A stretch of DNA of 64,000 bases. It comes from the human T2T-CHM13v2.0 reference genome, Homo sapiens. The position numbers were made by a program, and so were the translations under genes. Each line of letters starts with the position of its first letter. Position 1 is the stretch's first letter. The stretch is from the NCBI RefSeq assembly GCF_009914755.1, contig NC_060927.1; one strand, 5' to 3'. Below, piece by piece: positions 18,675 to 36,300 of this stretch. The notes beneath the pieces are model-generated. The model saw nothing but the letters and a program-made list of their open reading frames with translations. It searched no databases and was not told the origin of the DNA.

Positions 18675-18732
18675 AAAAGAAAAAGAAAGAAAGAAAAGGA
18701 AGGGAAGGAAGGAAGGGAGAAAGAAAGAAAGA
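18567..18732 (+). repeat. (GAAA)n/(GGAA)n purine tract derived from the tail of the Alu starting at 18286
   Basis: Seen directly. Confidence 0.9.
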
Positions 18733-18834
18733 TAATGTCACGGTATGACCATATGCATGGCATTTGAAATATTGTTGAGTCATAGCTTCATCACTGGGAT
18801 GTGTAGTGTTCTGTTTCAGCGTGCAGTGGTGACA

Positions 18835-19110
18835 GCATCACATACAATCTCTGTCATGACTATTATACTCTGCTATTACAGCACAAATGCAGCTACAGAT
18901 TATATACACTCAAATGAGTGTGGCTGTGTTCCAATAAAACTTTGTGGACACTAAAATTTGGATTCTATATAATTTTCACATTTTACAAATTATTACTTTA
19001 AAATTTTATTTTAGTGATTTAAAATGCAAAAATAATTCTTAGCTTGTGGATCCTACAAAAATAGGCAACTGGCTGATTCTAACTCATGGCGTATAGCTTG
19101 CCAACCCCTG
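18835..19110. mobile_element. MER58B-like hAT element
   Basis: aaatgagtgtggctgtgttccaataaaactttgtggacact...tagcttgccaacccctg. Confidence 0.75.
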
Positions 19111-21629
19111 ATCTAGAGAGCTATCAGCTCAATGAGGATAGGTGCTCCCTCACCAACATAAGAGCTCATCATTGTCCAGCAGTGTCCCAAAGATTGACAG
19201 GGGAAATGGGCTCTCAATTTTAACCTCCTAGAATGACCACAAGGCTTGACCTCCATTAGGATGTCAGAAACCACCATCTTTCAGAACTCTTTCCTGAGGC
19301 TAGGTTGAATATTATAAGACATCCATTGTCTCCTTTAACTCAACTCTGAGAAGTCAGTTTTACGGGCACATTTTTACTGACTAAAAAATTCAGCAATAGA
19401 GAAGTTAAGTAACGAAGGGATATGTGTCAGATCTGGGATTAAGTCCCAGGTTTCAAGGCCATGCTGTACTCACCACGCCACACTGTCACTGTTTAATCTA
19501 GACACTTATCTATGCCTGCCCCACATCCCTGCCCATGTTCTCCAACCAGGCCTTCTTCCAGAATCACCGATGACATCTGCCTGTATCCTGCCTAGTCAGT
19601 CAACACAGCTGTGCTTGTGGGCCTGCCCTCTCCCGTACGCTTCTGTAGCTTACGTGCTTTTATGACACACACTTTCAATGACTACGTATGCCACAGAAAG
19701 GATAATAAACTGGACTCTTATTCCAACCTTCTATAAACCAGCTATGTAACCTGCAAAATACTTTGCCTTCTCTGATCTTTAGTTTTCTTATCTGTAAAAT
19801 AGGACTGGGAAGTTGAGTGATACCAACATTTCCTGAGCTCATTTCTAATTTTAGCCTTCCATAAGTCAATTGATTCCCTGTTTTATTACCCACATGTTGC
19901 AACGTCACATTATTAGTAACTTACAGAAAGTTGTTACTGCTGATAGACCAGAGAATCATGGACCCTGAACCTTGTTTTAGGTATATGACACAATTGTCTA
20001 TTACTAAGCATACTACCCCTGAAATGTCAACTGGTTGGCACATTCACAAGGGTATTTAAGAAAAAATTAACTGCGTTTCCTGCTGGGCGTCAAAAAAAAA
20101 AAAAGAATAAATTAGCCAAAGAGGCCAACTTGATCTTTGATCTTTAGCCAAATGCACGAACTAAAGAGGGTAGAGAATGGGGCATTATGGAATGGGGAGG
20201 GACTGAAATGAAAGCCAATTTTACAAGTACTTATTAAGCACCTACCATGTGTTCACAGGGGGAGTAGGGGTTGATACCAAAACAAATAGATAAGTAAGAC
20301 TGAGGTCTTTGTTCTTGAGGAGTCCACAGTCTAGTGGGTGATGACCAAGAAGCTAATAATAGAAATTTAAGAATAATACACATTTATGAATCAATAGCAT
20401 TGATGTCAGTGAGTCTTTCGACCTATCTGCCACTGTAGAGAAGTAGGAGGAGAAAATTTGCTTTATTGTGATGCCTATCAATAAGGGGACAGAGAGAGGC
20501 TCAGTGAATATTCATGGCCTCAAATTTCCATTACCATTAAAGGTTACTCTGACTTAATTCTTTGGACACAAGCACCGTGTTAGGGGGCAAGAGAGTGAGT
20601 AGGATGTGCTCCTCTCATTACAGTGTGCTTCTCAACTTGTTTCACAGTTTAGGAGGTTGTTGGGAATATGCTAAAAAAAAAACACGGCATTATGTGAAAT
20701 CAGCTACATACATGGTGAAACCCAAGTCACAGTTCAATTGATTGATTCACAGTGTGAACTACAAAATGTATTACATTTAACAAATAGGTACATTTATACA
20801 TGCAATTTAATACATATGATTGTATTAATAAATGCCGTATTTCATGAATATTGACTCGTTTAATTCTCATGATAACTCCAACAGGTACATTCTATTATTG
20901 TTAACATTTGAAGAAACTAAGGCACAAAGTGATTAAAAATAATGTGCCCAGGGTCACGGAGCTAGTAAGTGGGGATGTGCACCCAGGAAGCCTGCATGAA
21001 TGGCCAATGTCATCCACCCTCACCCACTATCTCTTCAGCCTCTGCCCTCCCCACCATGCCTGTGAGGATGGCTGGGGAGAAGTCACAGAGATGAGCAGGG
21101 AGCTCTTGCTCTTCACACATTTTTCCAGAGTCCCTGGAAAGTTGGCTGTGTCTGCTGAGGCCTCACCCTGGGACCCAGAGCAAAAGAATCTGTCCCCTTT
21201 GGCCAGTGCTTCTCAGTATGTGGAGCCTACCCTACCTTCATGTAGGAGGACAACAGACCCTCCTCTGCACTGTCAACTCTCCTCTCTCCTGATTAGTTTG
21301 CTTATATCTGTCCCCATGCAGCCCTAACCTAAATCCACTTTCTCCACTCCTCTCTCCAAGCTCCTTACCCCTTCTGAGAGGACTCTCTTCCAAGCAGAGA
21401 AAATCGCTGGGTTGAAATTAGGAAAGGACGTTCCTCCAGTTGAAGCTACGGAGCTCTATAGGGGTCTTCATCGGAGCAAACGAGCTCCCTGTCCCTGGGA
21501 CATTTACTCAGATGAGAGAGGATTTAGGCATTTTTGAAGAGTTTTTAGGCATTTTAGAGTAGTTGATGGCTAAGATCTCTTCTCATCTTGAGATTTCAGT
21601 ATTCTATATTTCTGGTGTTATTAATATAT

Positions 21630-24530
<2,901 letters not shown>

Positions 24531-24739
24531 TTTAATATTTTTTAAAGCAAAGGATCTCCATCTGATGTCTTAAAACATTTCTCTTCCACCTATGCTAGTT
24601 TTACCTTTAATACTGTTGTTTATCACAAAGGATGCTGTTGGGACACATCTGCTTCATCTGGAGAGGTTTCTCTACTTCTTCCTTCTCTATAGCCATCCTC
24701 TTCAGAATGCCTGTGTCCTTGCAGGCTAAGGGTCAGGAA

Positions 24740-24855
24740 CAGTAGTTCCTCCTTCTCCATGAAGCATTTGTTCCAAGACCCCCAGGTGGATGTCTGCAAC
24801 CATGGATAGTACTGAACTCTATATGTACAGTAAAACTATGTTTTTCTTTACACCA
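24740..24855. mobile_element. MER2-like Tigger fragment followed by AT-rich simple repeat (24858-25010)
   Basis: cagtagttcctcc...ttccaagacccccaggtggatgtctgcaaccatggatagtactgaac. Confidence 0.7.
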
Positions 24856-24967
24856 AGTATATATATATGTAATATATATGTTATATATATTACATATATA
24901 TAACATATATATAACACATATATAACATATATAACATATATATAACATGCATATAAAACATATATAA

Positions 24968-25142
<175 letters not shown>

Positions 25143-25181
25143 TAGCTGGGATTACAGGTGCCCCCCACCACGCCCGGCTAA

Positions 25182-25361
<180 letters not shown>

Positions 25362-25499
25362 TGAGAGGTCTCTGATAACAGTGTTTTTACATTGGATGAG
25401 GGGTCCCTTCTCTGAGATTTTAGAATTTTACGTAAATATATTTCCGTGAATTAGCAGAACCTTTGAATAAGTAAGAAATCAATTTACCATAGGTTTCAG

Positions 25500-26332
<833 letters not shown>

Positions 26333-26864
26333 AGGGGGGTATGATAGTTAGAATTTAAAGCTCTTATTCACCTCCTCAAGAAAGCCATAATAATAGCCCT
26401 CAGCATCTATTGAGTGCCTACAATATGCCAGGAACTGTGCTAGGATATATATAGATATACACCAAAAATAAGCAGAAGAACATCTCATTCTTCTTTCCAT
26501 ACCTCCTGTTTTGTTGCCTATATTATTTTTACTCTATCAGAGTTTTATAACATATTCTATTTCCAAATCTTAATTCATTCAGTTTTTAGCACTAATTCTA
26601 TATCTAAACACATCCAATACTTATCCCTCATAGCTTTTTCATTCCCAAATTCTGCATTTTGATTCCTCTCTTAGTTGGCAGATGTCCCCGTGGAGTGGTT
26701 TTCCTTGCATGCCAGGTTCCCTAAAATCATTTCTGTTGGACAAAATCTGCCTATTGCTTTCATGATTAAATTAATAACCTCATAGATGTTGACTCATTGC
26801 CTTCTGGCTTTGCATGTTGCTGTGAAGAAGTCTGGTTCTGCCCTTTGAAAGGGACTTCACTTAA

Positions 26865-26984
<120 letters not shown>

Positions 26985-27028
26985 TGAGTAGCTGGAGTTA
27001 CAGGCACCCGCCCACCACACCTGGCTAA

Positions 27029-27223
<195 letters not shown>

Positions 27224-28081
27224 TAAGATCTGAGAATTCCATGGTCTTGCCAAGGTCCTATCCTAGTAAGTAGCTCATTTGAGCCCAGGATTTGCATCTA
27301 GATCTGTCTGTGAAGCCTGCATTCTTCTATCCCACCATATGAGGATGTTTCTGTCCTGCTGGGGAAAATACAACCAGGGACATTAGGAAACTTTGGGTAA
27401 AGTCATTCAGCCTCACTGGGCCTGAAAATCCTCTTTTGTAACATGGCAGGACTGGACTACATTAGTGGCTCATAGATTTAAAGGCTTAGAAAAATTAGTG
27501 ACATGTCAAAAAAAAATTGATTGTGGAGGGGACTGACATGGAGCTGCCGACTAAGTGTAGGTACAGAAAACTACCATCTTCTATCACCATTATAAGGGAC
27601 ATTTTTATTACCAAAAATGTAGAAAGGACATTATCGCATATCAATGAGGTAGCATTTAAATTGAGTAAATATTGCTTTTAGAAAATCTCCCTACTTATTT
27701 TATGCATTTGGCCTCTGCCCAGCGATAACGTCTTCCTGAATCAGCATCTCTCTCTCTCTATATATAAGCAGGATTTTTAAAGCCCTGGCCCACATGACCT
27801 CACTAAAAAGTTGTCCAGGTCTCACATTCTGATACTTTGATTAAAGGGAAAGCTGCTCCTATTTTACAGGCTAAGATGGCTATAATCTGTCCCTTGATCT
27901 TTATAAAGGAATTAGCCTCAGTGCAACATGTGAAGCAACCAGAAAGGAAATGAGGGACAAGGGACTCCACATTGGGAGTGGTGGGTATGGACAGGCAGGA
28001 AACTTGGACCTTGCTCCTGATTAACTTAATTATCACCAGGCTAAATATAGATCGAGTTCTACATGGATTATCAAATTGTGA

Positions 28082-28282
<201 letters not shown>

Positions 28283-29344
28283 TAGAGACAAGGTTTTGCC
28301 ATGTTGGCCAGGGTGGTCTCGAATTCCTGGGCTCAAGCGAACTTCCCATCTGGGCCTCCCAAACTGCTGGGATTACAGGTGTGAGCCACCATGCCCAGCT
28401 GCTCTTATCTTATTGATGATAATAGTATCACAGTGATAATGCCTTACTTGCACAACCGTGAAGTAAGCAGGAGGGAAGGGCAGAGGAATTAATGTTTTAG
28501 TTTTTTCTGTTCTGTAACAAGACAGCTGCTTCAAGTATGCCTGCCACAGAGCCTAATACACAGTTCCTCACACCTGCTTCCTTTCAGGCCCAGACCCTCA
28601 GATGCACCCTATCGTTTAGACACAATTTAGAGACATCCTATCATTCAATCCCTCAGCATACGTCTAAATTCTCTAGTTCATTGCTTCTATGTTATAGAGG
28701 AGGAAACAAATGACTGGAGTGGTTAAGATATTCATCAAGGTCTCACTGCAGTAGAGGTGAGTTTCAAATCTAGGTCCTTCTGGTTCAACAGCACACTCAT
28801 ATCACAAAGCTTCACACAGCAGCTTTGGCAAATATTAGACACACAATAAGTGCTTCTGATTTAAATTTTTAAAAACAAATTAAAACAACTTTGTTGAAGA
28901 ATGTTAATGATAATCATAAATGGGGCTGGGCATGGTGGTTCATGCCTGTAATCTCAACACTTCGGGAGGCCAAGGCAGGTGGATTGCTTGAGGCCAGGAG
29001 TTCAAGACCAGCCTGGGCAATATGGCAAGATCTTATCTCTATAATTATTTTTAAATTAGCTGGGTATGGTGGCTCACGCCTGTAGTCTAAGCTACTCAGG
29101 AGGCTGTGGTGGGATGGGAGAATTGCTTGGGCCGAGTTCGAGGCTACAGCAAGCTGTGATTGTACTACTGCACTTCATCCTGGGCAATATAATAAGACCT
29201 CGTCTCAAAAAAAAAAAATCATCTGTCTCAAAAAAAAAAAAAAAAAAAAAAAAAAAAGGTAACATAAATGTCCCATGGCATTGAACTAGGAATCAAACAA
29301 TTTGCATGAACTGTAGTAATAGGGTTACTTTTGGAGAGCTGTAC

Positions 29345-30025
<681 letters not shown>

Positions 30026-30124
30026 GAAATCTCCTCCACCTCCAGGCAACCACTCATCTGTGTCCTGTTCCTATAGTTTTATCTTTTCTCAAATGTAATG
30101 TAAATGGAAAAGCCTTTTGTGTCC

Positions 30125-30253
30125 TTTTTGTGTCTAGCTTTTTTCACTTAGCATATTGCTTTGAGACTTTTTGTGTCCAGCTTTTTTCACTTAGCACAAT
30201 GCTTTGAGACTTTTTGTGTCCAGCTTTTTTCACTTAGCACAACACTTTGAGAC
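30125..30253 (+). repeat. 3 x 43-bp tandem repeat inside an L1M fragment
   Basis: Unit TTTTTGTGTCCAGCTTTTTTCACTTAGCACAATGCTTTGAGAC at 30125, 30168 and 30211, with 2-3 substitutions between neighbouring copies. Confidence 0.95.
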
Positions 30254-31169
30254 TCATCTGTCATTGCCTGTTGTAGTACTTTGTTCCTTTAAATTGCTGA
30301 GTGAGATTCTATTGCACAGTTCCACAATTCCCCAGGGAAAGGACTTTCTAGTGTGTTTTAAAAGTGTTTCCTCCACAGATGTTTGCCTGGGCTTTGCTAC
30401 AAGAGATCTTTGCTAAGTGCTCCTGTTCAGTGATATGTCACAGCTATATATTTTTCCACTGTCAGCCAGTCATCAGCCTGCAGCTACTAGAGGAGCTAGA
30501 GCTCCAGAATCTTTAATTGCCATGATTTATTTATTTTGTTGGCTGATTGGTCTGCCCACTTACTCATTCTTTGTTTTAGTGAATGCCTGCTAGGTGCCAG
30601 GCACTGAGCAGATAATATTTAACAAGGATAGGATTGGTTCCTATCCCCACAGGATTTATGATTTTGAGCCCATTAATCCCTTGATGATATAGGAAACAGG
30701 TTGGAAAAGGAGTAAAGGGGAAATATTAGAACATTTTGACCACAAGTCCAAGGTCTTCAGGGGGAGTTACTAGCATATCAGTATGGAGATGACATTCAAT
30801 TCTGCAACTGTCTTTCCTCTATTTTGTGGTTGCTATTGTTTTGTTGGCGGTAGTGGTGTCTTACCCTGTCACCCAAGCTGGAGTACAGTGGCTTGATCCT
30901 AACTCACTGCAGCCTTGAACTCCTGGACTCAAGCGATCCTCCAGCCTCAGACTCCTGAGTAGCTGAGACTACAGGCATGAGCCGCCATGCCTGGCTAATT
31001 TAAAAAAAAAAAATTTGTAGAGACAGAGTCTTGCTTTGTTGTCCAGGCTGGTCTTGAACTCCTGGCTTCAAGCGATTCTCCCACCTCGGCTTCCCACAGT
31101 GGCATCTTTCCTTCTTTTGGTAACAGGAGGGACCTATTGAAGAGAACCAATGTGCTATTTCTTCACAGT

Positions 31170-31617
31170 TTTCAATTCCTAGGGCTGGATTGTGGTAGCC
31201 ACTTGGCACAGAGAGCAGGAACTTCAGGTCAGAAAGATAAAAAGATCCCAGGGGTAAAGATATTTATGTTGATTTATATTAAAATCATAGGAAACACTCA
31301 TAGTGTTTTCCTGTGAGTTCTCCCCTTTAACCCTCATGAGAACTTTGTGAGGCAATGATTATTATCCCCACTTTACTGATCAGGACACTGAGGCTCAGAG
31401 AACTGGGCAGCCTCTTAGGCCTGACATCATGATCTGGGAAAACAGCCACAAAATGGCTGGAGAGTGTCTTGTACCAGCTGATGGTGCTGCAAGTATTTAT
31501 GGGGTCAACACACATCGACATAAATACCTTTACTCCTGGCATCTTTTTATCTTTCTGACCTGAAGTTCCTGCTCACTGTGCCAAGTGGCTACCACAATCC
31601 AGCCCTAGGAACTGAAA
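31170..31617. repeat. Inverted repeat: 104-bp arms (31170-31273, 31514-31617), 240-bp spacer containing a MIR fragment
   Basis: Manual alignment of the left arm to the reverse complement of the right arm gives 98/104 identity with no gaps. Confidence 0.95.
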
Positions 31618-31907
31618 GCTGCCACAGCCGTTCAATATCCAGTACGGGAGAGGACTCTGACCTGTATGATCTATGCATTGTGCCCCTTACCTTTTACTTC
31701 CCAAGCAACTGGAAAATGGCTCATTGCACATTGCTGAGGTTTAGCCCAACAGTTTAAAATCACTTTTTAGCTCTTTACTTGCTGGTAATCAAAGCCTGAG
31801 GTGGAGGTTCTGTGTTGCCAGGTCAGTGGCACAAGTAGGATAAAGCACTCAGGCTAGCTTATCATGCACAGAAGTTCCTTCCATTTTAGGTTCAAAACAA
31901 TCACCAG

Positions 31908-32490
31908 GGTGCAGCATTATTCACAATAGCCAAAACATAGAAACAACCTAAGTACCCATCAACAGATGAATGGATAAAGAAACTGTGTTGCGTATTACCA
32001 CATGTGGAATATTATTCAGTATTAAAAACAGAGATCCTGCCATTTGCAACAATGTGGGCAACAAGGAACCTGGAGGACATTATGCTAAGTGAAATCAGCC
32101 AGGCACAGAAAGACAAACACTGAATGATCTCACTTACATGTGGAATCTAAAAAAAGTTGAACTCATAGAAACAAAGAGTAGAACGGTGGGAGGGCACAGA
32201 AATGGGGAGAAATAGATCAAAGGGTACATACTTGCACTTATGTAAGATGAATCAGCCTGGAGATGTAATGTACGGTCTGAGTACCATAGTTAGTAATACT
32301 GTGTTGTATACTGAACATTTGCTAAGAGAATAGATTTTAGGCGCTCTTACCACACACACAGACACACGTATCAATGAGATGATAGATACAATAATTTGCT
32401 TGACTATAATAGCTATTTCACTGTGTATTTCAAAACATCATGTTGTATACCTTAAATATACACAATTTAAAAATAAAATACAAACAAAAA
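31908..32490 (+). mobile_element. L1MA-type 3' end
   Basis: gcagcattattcacaatagccaaa, gaggacattatgctaagtgaaatcagccaggcacagaaagacaaa, catcatgttgtataccttaaatatacacaattt plus A-rich tail. Confidence 0.85.
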
Positions 32491-33254
32491 TTAGTATGAG
32501 GGGAGAGAAGGTCTGGAAATGATGCGATGTTTATGAGTCTGCCTAAGCTGAGTGGGAACAAGAAAGGGGTCAGTCCTGGGTTCCTGCTCAGACCTCAGTT
32601 GGGATTGTGAGCTGTGGGGAAGGGAGAGCTGAGTGGGTGGGGCTGGCTCAGGAGAGGAGAGTGCTACTGGCCACCTCCATTCATTTGGAAGGCCGTAGCC
32701 CTGATCCAACCTGCCAAAAGGTCACCTTCATGCCCCAAACTGCCATTATTGGCCTCCCCCAGTGCCAAGGTTTTTGCCATAAAGCATATGAGAGGCTCAT
32801 CATCCCTGACCTGCAAGGCATCCAAGGAAGCAATTCATTCACGAATGTATACCTAAACAGGCAGCCACATCCCTCGGCCACCATGAGTGTAAGATCCATG
32901 GCCCACCATCTTAAAGTTCTGCAGATTCTCCCCACCAGAGCACACATAGGCTTACTTTCCCCTCTCCTCCAACACATGAAGAGTTGGCATGGAAGGGATA
33001 GTGGGAGACATTGAGGAGGGAATTGTAAGTATCTGAATTGGTCACTTATGGTCTCCAATTCACATAAACAAAAGCAGGTGCTGTATCTAAGTTTGGCTTC
33101 CTGCCATTTAGGTCTGTTTGTCCATCCATCCATCATCAAAAGTGTACCTCCCCAGTGCTGGGCACTGAGAATACAGAAATGACTCAGCTTCCACATTTGC
33201 CATGTGGAAGCTCACTGTACAACTGGTAACTTGTTGCATTCTGGTCTGGTTTTC

Positions 33255-33301
33255 TTGTTATTAAGAGGAAAACACACAATGAAAATGATATTAATTTTAT
33301 T
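33255..33301 (-). terminator. HEG1 distal polyadenylation signal and cleavage region
   Basis: AATAAA on minus at 33296-33301, CA dinucleotide ~16 nt downstream, then TTGTGTGTTTT GU/U-rich element. Confidence 0.8.
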
Positions 33302-36300
33302 GCATCATTTTACTGACTAGAACGCCAGACTTAGAGTGGATATAAGTATAAAAATAACCAAATTCTTACAAATAATACTTTGCTGCTACAGTACTGAATA
33401 ATTAGTGGAGGTTGCAATTATAATACAACTTTAAATAACATTCTCATAATGGGTTTAACACAATCAACCAGGGGCTAAGGTTTAAAGGTTTACAAAGAGA
33501 AATCCAGGACAACATGAAAACTCCCAAAGTTCATATTCCAGCTAAATGCTTCATTTAACCGTCAATCCACCAACACAAACATTAACAAAACTCAGAGCAA
33601 CTCATGATGAAACAGTCGTTCTCTTTTTAGGACAGGCCAAGGTTAATACAGAAAGGTAAATGATTCGGATTAGTTTCCCAGGCAGAACTGATTCCATCCC
33701 ATCCCTGGCCTATCCCATCCTCCCTACCCAAGAAATCTGTAATGAAGTATGTTAAGTGCATTTTAAAAATCTGAATATGCAAATTCTTCAAAATGTCCTC
33801 TTTGAAAATGCCCAGGTGACAGACCCAGTCTCGGACCTGTCGCTTTTTAGACCTGAATGGTCCCCCTTTGGTTTCATAGGGTTTTCTGTGAGCAGTTTAC
33901 ACCAGATATGATGGAGTATAACGCTAATGAAGATACTTTACTACAACAAATTAATTGGCATTTAATACTTTCATGTTCCTACTATTTTAGTCAGTTCTCT
34001 TCCTTGGAGATTTAAGAAAAAAAGAAAACATACCCAAAGGCAAACTCTACAAAACCAGTATCTCTATTTCCAAAAACACACATGAGAACCTCAGAATGAC
34101 ACTTTGTTAAGGGAGGAAATGAAATGTCCCTTCTCATCCACACAAAAGCTTTCAGACAGGAAAAAAAAGATGCTACTAAGGGTAATTTCAAGTAAAATAC
34201 AAAGTATTGAAATACTGAACTTTGCATTCTTCCTCTTTCCAAAGAAGTGCTGTAGTCTCAAAATTTGTGTATTTTAGAACTATGGGTCAAAACCCTGTGT
34301 GTTAGGCTAAACTTAGCCAAGGGCAACTGGAGTGGACAGCTCCTCTTCCTCAGGCAGAGTTAAATCGGCTTACAGGACACCCGGGCATCTCACCAGGGGG
34401 CAACACAGTTTCATGCAGGCACCAAAAAGCCACACGTGGTGGGTGACCCAAAGGTGCCTGCTCTGGGAACTTTCACATCTGAATAGGTGTCATCCTTCAA
34501 TGGCATATTCTTGGGTAGCCATCCAGCCTAGGAGTCCAAAGATGCTGCCTTCTCCCTTGGGCCCACTTTAAGAGTTACCTCTTTAAGAACTCAATCGTCA
34601 CATCTTAGTTTTTGACCTCAGATGCCATCAGCCAACTTGACTGAACCACCTATCAGCAATTTTGGCTCTAAATGTCTTAGCTGCTTCTGAAAATATACTT
34701 CCCCTCAAAGGAGGAAGATGTGTCAGCGTTTAAGACATTCCACTGAATATGTTCCCAATTCTGAAAACAGTTCACAAAAATATGCTTCCAGTATGTGGGA
34801 GCCATGGCCTTACCACGGGAACAAGGCAAGCAGCTCTCAGATGGATGTGTATGTCTGACTGCACTTGTCAGAAACCCAGGTCCTTGCCTTCCACTTCCTA
34901 TACCAAAGCCACGTGCCAGTGTGCTTCTTGCTGAGCACAAGCCAGCCACTATTTTCTTAATGACAAGTGTCTAAGAATTACATATAAAAAACAATCTGAA
35001 AGCACATTTTCAAAAGGGTAGTCAGCATTTTTTTTTTTTTTTTTTGCATTTCACGTCACTAATTTGGTTACTTCTTAAAAATAATATTAAGGTTCCTTAA
35101 AAAAATAACTTATCTTTAAAGCCCTTTCTCTCTTGCCCTCTTTGATATTTAAGGTATACAGGATGGTGAGGGGTGTGCCAGGACAGTAAGGCAGGGGGCT
35201 ACAGTGGGCAGAGTAGCTGGGGGAGTCAGGCGGACAAGGGTTTCAGTCCTGCTTCTACAGGGCAAGCTATTTATCCTCTCTGAAGGTTTCTGTACCTGAG
35301 AAATGGGCACTTCCATGCCCACCTCTCAAGGATACTGTGAGGAGCCTTGCCCAGAGCCTGGTCATGGTAGGAGCATGTCAGTTCATCCGCCTAAAGAAAC
35401 AGACTCCAGGGCCTTAGGCTGGCTCAAGGGGCAGAGGAAAAGACAATGGCAATAAGACCCTCTGGAGCTTAAACCAAACCACTGATGCCAGGGAGCCAGC
35501 CAGCCACCCTTCCCTGCTGCAGTGTGTGACGGGACACACAGATGCCCCTGCGCCCGGCTCCTCTCTATGGAGGTTTAAGCATCTCTTGAGCAGTTACACA
35601 TCACTTGCCCCTTCCTCTCACCTTCCCCCATCTGTGGGATATTGGTGCAGGATTGTGGCATCTGTGCACGTGAATCACACACCCCAGGTGCAGGGGCTGA
35701 CATGGAGCACTGTGTCTGGGCGGAGAGCCTCGGCGTGCCAGGTGTGCATCCAGGCCTCTTCTGCTATCAGGTGTTTCCCCTCGGCCTAGGCGGGACCCTT
35801 CTGCAGCTAGGAACCCCGTGCAGGAGTGCAGCTGGCCTCTCCCTTCCTCACTGGGTCACAGACATGCTTTACTCATGTCCCCTTAGAGCCTCATGCTCTG
35901 GAGGTGCCTTCCCCACCCCCAAACGCCTCCTGGAAACTGTGGAGACTGTGTGACCTCAACCTTGTGGGTGCCTCCTTTTTTTCTCAGTTAGAACAACAAA
36001 ATAAAACACTCTTAATCCACTCCATACGGAAGAAACCCATGAACAAGAAGCATTGTTGGAACTCACAGGACACCGTTTTCTCGATGTTGGGATTCTTCCC
36101 AAGAATGTTTTCAGGACAGAACACTTCATTTTGTGGAGCTGAAGTCTTCTGGCTCCGATAGAGGAGATGATTTGTCAGCTGTGACGTCAGCTGAAGGCAG
36201 TGGAAGTGTATGCCTGGGAATAGCCTCCCTACATGGCTCTTCCCACAGCTGCGGGTTCTGGGGGTGAGCAGGCATGCTGCGGAAGGAGCCAAGAAGCCTA

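Noticed and set aside
30125-30253. 43-bp repeats superficially like a CRISPR array
   Set aside because: Units are directly adjacent with no unique spacers, lie in an L1 relic, and the context is eukaryotic with no cas genes.
32607-33196. Overlapping 135-aa (+) and 171-aa (-) ORFs just past the HEG1 3' end
   Set aside because: No recognisable domain or promoter context; lengths are compatible with chance.
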